From the human T2T-CHM13v2.0 reference genome, Homo sapiens: 64,000 bases of DNA. Of the stretch, positions 55,877-64,000 are shown in pieces. A program made the position numbers and the translations under genes. The DNA is taken from NCBI RefSeq assembly GCF_009914755.1, contig NC_060928.1, one strand, 5' to 3'. Each line of letters begins with the position of its first letter. The first letter of the stretch is position 1. Under the pieces are notes generated by a model. It saw nothing but the letters and a program-made list of their open reading frames with translations. It had not been told where the DNA came from and did no database searches.

Positions 55877-56133
55877 CACTGCAGGCCATACATTTCAATC
55901 CCTGTATCTTTAACCTCCTTGTTAAGTTTGTCTCTTCCAGAATCAAAGCTGTAAAACTACAAATCATTCTTCAAATGGAGCCCCAGATGCAGTCCATGAC
56001 TAAGATCTACCATGAACCCCTGGACCAGCCTGCTAGCCCATGCTCCGATGTCAATGACATCGAAGGCACCCCTCCCAAGGAAATCTCAACTGCACAACCC
56101 CTACTATGCCCCAATGCAGCAAGAAGCAGTTAG
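55871..56133 (+). pseudogene. env: HERV-W env remnant: ~36-nt SU island plus TM/cytoplasmic tail
   Basis: PLHCRPYISIPV island, then PCIFNLLVKFVSSRIKAVKLQIILQMEPQMQSMTKIY...PLLCPNAARSS-TAG, homologous to the syncytin-1/MSRV Env C-terminus. Confidence 0.9.
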
Positions 56134-56190
56134 AGCGGTCATTGGCCAACCTCCCCAACAGCACTTGGGTTTTCCTGTTGAGGGGGGGAC

Positions 56191-56515
56191 TGAGAGACAG
56201 GACTGGCTGGATTTCCTAGGCCAACTAAGAATCCATAAGCCTAGCTGGGAAGGTGACCGCTTCCACCTTTAAACACGGGGCTTGCAACTTAGCTCACACC
56301 CAACCAATCAGATAGTAAAGAGAGCTCACTAAAACGCTAATTAGGCAAAAACAGGAGGTAAAGAAATAGCCAATCATCTATCGCCTGAGAGCACAGTGGG
56401 AGGGACAATGATTGGGATATAAACCCAGGCATTTGAGCCAGCAACAGCAACCCCCTTTCGGTCCCCTCACATTGTATGGGAGCTCTGTTTTCACTCTATT
56501 AAATCTTGCAACTGC
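56191..56515 (+). mobile_element. 3' LTR17 U3-R with promoter and poly(A) signal
   Basis: Preceded by PPT gagggggggac; starts tgagagacaggactggctggatttcctagg; ccaatc boxes; gatataaa TATA at ~56417; ATTAAA at 56498-56503; then poly(A). Confidence 0.93.
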
Positions 56516-56550
<35 letters not shown>

Positions 56551-57980
56551 TATTAAAATGAATGGTAAACCCAGTGCTCCTCCAAAGATCAATATATTAG
56601 TTTTTTAAAAAAATATTTGAACAACTGTGTAAAACATTTGGTAGTGCCTTTTGGAATAAAAGAGTACCATTCATCAAAATTGGCTGTGTGGTAACGCCAT
56701 GAAAGAAACAAAACTATATTACCACAAAAATAGGGGTAATAATGGATAAAACAATTTATTGTTAGAATAATTTCTACATGTAATTTTTAACGGATTAGGT
56801 ATACATAGTTGTTTTTTATGTAATTAAATATTCTAAAATTTGGTTTTTCATTTAGTCAGACATTATCTGGCCAGTGAACCACTAAATTAATATGACCCAT
56901 TACATTCATGATATGCCACAGGAAATATTGACTCAATTTTAGCATCTTCTATGGCACTTAATGGAAAATACTGTAACTGTCTCCTTCAAAGTCAGTGCAA
57001 TGCATCTTGGCAGCACTGCCCAGAGCTTTTTATAGATCAGGTTACTCTCTTACACAGTAGAATGATTATGTTCTCATGTATATTTGGATTCCCCATGGCT
57101 GTGCACCACCCTTGTAGAGAGAGGCTCTGGAGGGCGGCAGTGGCAATATTTTCTTCGGAAGGTAATGCTTGATCTCCAAGCCACCTCTAGATATTACAGA
57201 GTCAAGAGGGTGTGGTTGGCTGGCTGACAAACAAGAAGAGGCTCATTAACCAAAAGTGGAAGGAGACTTTCTTGCTTGCGTTTTCCACCAGCTTTGACTT
57301 TTAAGAACACACTTTCGTATTACCTTCGTTCAAAGCCTTTAAGATATATAAACAATAAATATATCTGGCATCCCTATTACCTCCTTATCCACTTTCTACT
57401 TTTTTATTCCTTTTTCTCATTTATTAATAATGGGTTGGGTTGGAAGAAGGGGCTGTACCAAATTCTGTGTAGTATTATCCCACTCAAAATTGACATGGAG
57501 TGGGATCAGTAGAGCTTATGAGTTAAAAGGCCTCAAGCAAACCTGTACATTGAGGCAAGAGACTCAGTGTGAAAGCCTAAAATTTGCATAGGGCAACAAT
57601 CCTTTGACCTAAAATGTATCATCTATTTTTGCTGAAATAATTCTTAATGAACCACATGAGTTAGCAAGGTGCTGTACCAAAACAAAAATAAACACATCAA
57701 AAAGGATTTTTTAACCACTGTTTTTCAAGACTTACACTGTAAAATATTTAAGGGAAATTTAAAGGTTCACTTGATTTCTGGGTTGCAAGTTTTATTTTCT
57801 AGGTCTGTGCCCACTGATAATTTAAAGTGGGATAGTTAGGTCCTGTCTGTTGCTATTTGCACTTCTAATGTTAAAATAGATATGACATAAAAACATATTT
57901 CTGGTACTTTAATTTATTCAAAGAAAGTAAATTATAAACACTGTATTAAAAAGATATGTTTGTATTAGAAGATATTGAAA

Positions 57981-59503
57981 AACATTGGCATTCTTCATAG
58001 AACTAAAGAAAACTATTTTAAAATTCATATGGAACCAAAAAAGAGCCTGAATAGCCAAGGCAATCCTAAGCAAAAAGAACAAAGCTGGAGGAATCACACA
58101 ACCTAACTTCAAACTATGCTACAGGGCTACAGTAACCAAAACAGCATGATATTGGTACAAACACAGACACGTGGACCAATAGAACAGAATAGAGAACCTA
58201 GAAATAAGACTAAACACCTACAACTATCTGATCTTTGACAAAGGTGACAAAAGCAAGCAATGGGGAAAGTATTCGCTGTTCAATAAATGGTGCTGGGATA
58301 ATTGGCTAGCCATATGCAGAAGATTGAAACTGGACCCCTTCCCTACATCACATACAAAAACTAACTCAATATGTATTAAAGACTTAAATGTAAAACCCCA
58401 AAGTGTAAAAACTCTGGAAGACAACTCTGGCAATACCATTCAGGACATAGGTATGGGCAAAGATTCCCTAATGATGACACCAAAAGCAATTGCAACAAAA
58501 GCAAAAATTGATGAAGGGGATCTAAGTAAACTACACAGCTTTTGCACAGCAAAAGAAACAGACAGCCTACAAAATGGGAGAAAATATTTGCAAACTATGC
58601 ATGTGACAAAGGTCTAATATCCAGAATCTCAAAGGAACAAATTTACAAGAAAAATACAAATAGCCCTGTAAAAAGATGGGCAAAAAACATAAATAGACAC
58701 TTTTCAAAAGACATGATTGAGGCCAACAATTATATAAAAAACAAAGCTCAATATCACTGTTCATTAGAGAAATAAAAATCAAAACCACAATGAGATACCA
58801 TCTCACAGCAGTTATAAAGGATGTTACTAAAAAGTCAAAAAATAACAGATGCTGGCCATCTTGTGGAGAAAAAGGAACACTTATACATTAGTGGGAATAT
58901 AAATTAGTTCAACTATTTTGAAAGACAGGGTAGCAATTTCTCAAAGACCAGAAAAACGAAATACTGTTTGACCCAGCAAATTCTATTACTGAATATATAC
59001 CTAAAGGTATACAAAGCATTCTATTATAAAGACATATTCACACATATGTTCATTGAAGCACTATTCACAATAGGAAAGACATGGAATCAACCTAAGTGTC
59101 CATCAATGATAGATTGGATAAAGAAAATGTGTTACATATACACTATGGAATACTATGCAGCCATAAAAAAGAATGAGGTCATGTCTTTTGTGGGGACATG
59201 GATGGAGATGGAGGCCATCATCCTTAGCAAACTAACACAGGAACAGAAAACCAAATACTGCATATTTTCCCTTATAAGTGGAAGCTGAATGATGAGATCA
59301 CATGGACACATAGAGGGGAATAACATACACTGGGGCCTTTTGGAAGGTGGAGGATGGGAGGAGGGAGAGGATCAGGGAAAATAACTAATGGATACTAGGC
59401 TTAATACCTGTGTGATGAAATAATCTGTATAACAACCCCCCACAACACAAGTTTACCTATGTAACAAATCTGCACTTGTACCTCTGAACTTAAGTTTAAA
59501 AAA
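57981..59503 (+). mobile_element. 5'-truncated L1PA15/16-like LINE-1 (ORF2 C-terminus plus 3' UTR)
   Basis: [14 protein letters not shown] and WNQPKCPSMIDWIKKM; 3' UTR gagggagaggatcagggaaaataactaatggatactaggcttaatacc...cctctgaacttaa. Confidence 0.9.
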
Positions 59504-60112
59504 AGAGAAAAATATACACAAGATTGCAGTAATTGTCCATGGTGCCTCAATCCAGGGGCAAAAACCATTATTTTTTCTTGGCTGAGATTATGTTTTATGT
59601 GTCCTTCTGCATCCTGCTTTTTCTAGTTAACCTTATATTGTAAGAATTTTTCTTATGCCATAATTTTCAAGTGTACTTAAAAGCTGAATAGTATTTCAAT
59701 ATATGTATGTTACCTTAACTCATTGAACCAATAATATATTATTGAATATTTAGATTGCTTCTGATTTGCTGGGTGTGGGGACTTACTACTATAAAAAATA
59801 CATTAGAATGTAAAAACATACATGAGGCTGGATCTGTACTTTTGATCTCTTCTTGAACTTAGGACATAGACCAGGGACTCAATATCTACTTGTTAAATTG
59901 AAGAAGAATGAACACAAACTTGATTATTTCTAGATCTTGGTGGAATAGGATTTCTTCCTGTCACAATAAAATGAAAGAAGATAACATGAATTCATAGCAG
60001 CATTGGCGACTTGAAGGTGGTATTACTAATCGATCACAATAGTGCAGAATTTCTGTATAACAAAAGTTGATGGTAACCAATTGATGTTAAGACCCAACAA
60101 GGCTGAGAACAC

Positions 60113-61310
60113 TTTTATCTATGTTCATCAGGGATACTGGGCTGTAGTTTTGTTTTTGTTTTTGTTTTTGTTTTTTTGTCATGTACTTACCTAGTTTTGG
60201 TGTCAGTATAGTGCTGCCTTCATAGAATGAATTAGAGTTCTCTCATTTTCACATTTTTGGAATAGTTTGAAGTGAATTGTTATTAGTTCTTTGTAAGTTT
60301 GATAGAATTTGGCAGTGAAGCCATTCGGTCATTGGCTTTCCTTTGTTGGGAGACTTTTTGTTACTTATTCATCAATCTTATTACTCATTATTGGTCTGTT
60401 TGGGTTTATATTTTTTCCTGACTGAGTCTTGGTAGGTTGTATGTGTCCAGGAATTTATCCATTTCCTCTAGGTTTTCCAGTTTGTTAGTATATAGTTGTT
60501 CATAATAGTCTCTGGTGGCCTTATACATTTCTGTGGTATCTGTCGTTATGTCTCTTTTTTGTTTTGATTTTGTTTATTTGGATCTTCTCTCTTTTTTTCT
60601 TGGTTTATCTAGCTAGCTGTTTATTAATTTTATTTATCTTTTCAAAAAACTTTATATTTGTTGATGCTTTGTATTTTTTAGTCTCTATTTCATTTAGTTC
60701 TGTTCTGATTTTTATTATTTCTCTTCTACTTAATTTTGGGCTTAGCTTGTTCTTGCTTTTCTATTTCCATTAGATGCATCATTAGATTGTTTATTTAAAA
60801 TCTGTGTACTTCCTTGATGTAGGCATTTATTGCTATAATCCTCTTTCTTCACACTGCTGTTTCTGTATCCCATAGGTTTTGGTATTTTGTGTTTCCATTT
60901 TCATTTGTCTCAAGAATTTTTTTGATTGGCTTTTGAACTTCTTCCTTGATCCAGTGGTTGTTCAGGAGCATGTTGTTTAATTTCCATGCATTGATACAGT
61001 TTCTAAAGTTCATCTTTTTATTGATTTCTAGTTTTATTCCATTGTGGTCTGAGAAGATACTTGGTATGACTTTGATTTTTAAACATTTGTTGAGACTTGT
61101 TTTGTGCCCTAACATATGGTTTATTCTGGAGAATGTTCCATGTGCTGATAAGAACATGTATTCTGCAGCTGTTGGATAAAATGTTCTGTAGAGATGTCTG
61201 TTAGGTCCATATGGTCTAAAGTGAAGTTTCAATCCAATGTTTCTTTGTTGGTTTTCTGATTAGATGATCTGTCCAATGCTGAGAGTGGAGTGTCGAAGTC
61301 TCTAATTACA
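60113..61310 (-). mobile_element. Old L1 (L1M1/L1MA-type) ORF2 endonuclease-linker fragment
   Basis: YRTFYPTAAEYMFLSAHGTFSRINHMLGHKTSLNK...FSDHNGIKLEIN...YQNLWD. Confidence 0.88.
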
Positions 61311-61594
61311 GGCAGCAGCAAAACAAGGGAGATTTTCCAGCCGACTTTTGGGACAATCCCAAGGTTAGAGACCATAAAACTGGAAAAAAGTAACTAAATA
61401 GGATGAAAGAGGCAAGTCAGTTTACTCTTCTAAGGATGTCTGATGCCTGCATTGGCACAAAGCTAAGAATAGCATATCGAAAGGAGACTCTGGCAGGAGG
61501 GTTTCTGCAGCACGTGTGGCACTAGAAAAATAGAAGTGCTCTAATGGAGTGGCTCTCATATTTGGCCACACACTGGAATAAACCGTGGAATTTG

Positions 61595-62073
<479 letters not shown>

Positions 62074-62399
62074 AATAACTACTTTTGGTTTACCAAGAGG
62101 CCACCCTCAGAAACAACATGTCCACTTGGACTTCTCAAGTGCAATCACTGGAGGACTTCTATAATTAGATCTGTATTCATTTCCAGTCTCATACAACTGG
62201 GGTTATGAATTTAAGAAATATGTCTTAGCCACAAAAAGCATTCAAGTGTAGACCTTACTTATTTAATTGTTTTACAAAAACAAACAGAAAACTAAGAATT
62301 GTTGATGCTGACAGAGAACATATTTCAATGAACAGAGTTACTAAAGGAAACAGAATATATTAAAATAAGTCAAATTAACATCAGTAGAGAAGCATAACA

Positions 62400-62900
62400 G
62401 AATATCACATTCATAAAACAAGAAAAGAAACCAAAACTTGCTTTGAGGAAAGAATACTAAAATTTAAAATGTGATTGCTTCAATTAAAAATAAATCATCA
62501 TTAGATAGATTTAGTACTAGGAGAATAAGCACAGGGAAAGACTGAATTAGTAACTCAGAAAAGCAAGCCTGGGCAAGTTACTAGTCTGTGCCACATGATA
62601 AAAAAGTGCAAAGTCTGGGAAAAGTATTCAGAAATGTGACGACTCGATCCAGAAGTTCCAGTGTTCATCTGGGAAAGGTTCCAAAGGTTCATCTGGTGTC
62701 AGGTAGGGTTAATAACAAGGCCCACAACCAAAGAGAGCTTGGTGAAGTTTCAGAATTCCAAATGAAGAGATAATACAAAAAGTAGTGAAAGAAGTATAGG
62801 TAACTTACAAAGAAATGGAAGCCAGATTAATATAAAGTGGGCTCAAAGTTTGAAATAAGAATTATTTTAAATGTGAAGTTTTTTATTTTGCCAAAAAATT
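62400..62900 (+). mobile_element. Very old L1 ORF1-like remnant
   Basis: A-rich; gaagactgaattagtaactcagaa and gatccagaagttccagtgttcatctgggaaaggttcca resemble L1ME ORF1. Confidence 0.4.
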
Positions 62901-64000
62901 CAAATATGATTTCAAAATAAAGATATTTTCATGTGAAGGACACATTTTGAACAGAAAGAAGAAATTTTCTATATTGGAAAATACAGCATATTACAAGAAA
63001 ATATAAAAGATTTATCTTTATGCCTTTATCATAATTTTAAGCTTTATATACTATAAGAAATTCAGGAATTGGGCAAATCCACAATTGCATCAGGAGCTCT
63101 GAGCATATTCCCCTGGGCTGTGGTGTCCTTCCCATGCTTATATCTGCTTTCTGAATTTTAAAATTTATTTAATACAGCTTATCTATTTATTCCCCTACTC
63201 ATCTTCAATTATCTTTACTATTACTGATTGTTTCTAATTTGAAAATTATTTTTCTGCCATATAATATATTTTCAAGAGGGATTAAATCTGTTATCTTGAC
63301 CCAAAACTCAGAATCTTTAGACTCTTTAATCAAAATACCTGCATTTAACTCAAGTTGATCTGTGATTACTATCTGTCCAGGGTCCATATTCTCACTGCTC
63401 CTTGTATTTTTAAGCCACTGAACTGTCTGATTTCAATTTTTTGCTCTCAGAAGATGGTCATTATCTTTCTGCATAGCACAGCTCTCAGCACTCATTGCAT
63501 TGATTTTTATCTTGGTAAATATTTTTTAATAGATAATCGTGCCCTTTTCTTACTCATAATGGAATTTCATAATATAAAAAGTAGATCCCATAGATTATTG
63601 CCAGACATCTTTCTATAAAACTGAGCATGCATTAATGCTATTGGCATTTTTTAGTGTAGAGGATATTGAATATCACAGTGAATGGGTAATGCTAGCTGTC
63701 ACAAATATTTCTCAGCACTGAACTTTCTTTCACTTAAATGACCTAAGGAAATTCTAAGTTATATAATAAATGCTTTTATCTCCATTTTTATGTGAGGTGG
63801 AAGAATATTGGATTTTGCAAATAAATAAAATGAAAGATCAAAAATTATTTGGTTTTTATTTCATTCCATCAAAAATAAAGCCTTATGCAAGCACTGATTC
63901 ACTAGGTTATTACAGAAATTTTTAATAAGATGTATATTATGAGAGCTTCCTCGTCAGTAGTAGGTATTGTCTCAGAAAGTCTTTAAGTTGTTCAAGTCTC

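Larger units (their letters stand above)
49080..56539 (+). mobile_element. HERV-W (HERV17/LTR17) processed pseudogene, L1-retrotransposed genomic RNA
   Basis: Starts in R (no 5' U3); ends at R plus A24 (no 3' U5); TSD aagtttcttttg at 49068-49079 and 56538-56549; internal gag/pro/pol and syncytin-like env tail. Confidence 0.96.

Overview
AT-rich, repeat-dense primate (catarrhine, probably human/hominoid) intergenic or intronic DNA. I recognise no host protein-coding exon, RNA gene or CpG island, and the ORF track is explained by transposon remnants, low-complexity tracts or chance ORFs. Main elements: (1) a ~7.5-kb HERV-W (HERV17/LTR17) processed pseudogene at 49080-56539, with R-U5-leader-gag-pro-pol-deleted IN/env-U3-R-poly(A) structure and a 12-bp TSD, i.e. 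retroviral RNA copied by L1 machinery. Its IN/env region collapsed through two microhomology-flanked deletions. (2) A full-length, decayed L1PA7/8-type LINE-1 on the minus strand (11837-18320), whose antisense ORF0 homologue becomes a 170-aa frame if one 5-bp duplication is removed. (3) An ancient, collapsed ERV-L provirus (LTR-RT-LTR, ~41590-43035). (4) A solo LTR12C that kept its termini and TSD but lost its U3. There are also many Alu, MaLR, MIR, L2, old L1 and DNA-transposon fragments, and a few candidate regulatory motifs (RFX X-boxes, an ETS-IRF element). Subfamily names come from recalled consensus sequences, not a database search. I found no convincing evidence of a novel biological system; the findings are mostly unusual structures of known element families.
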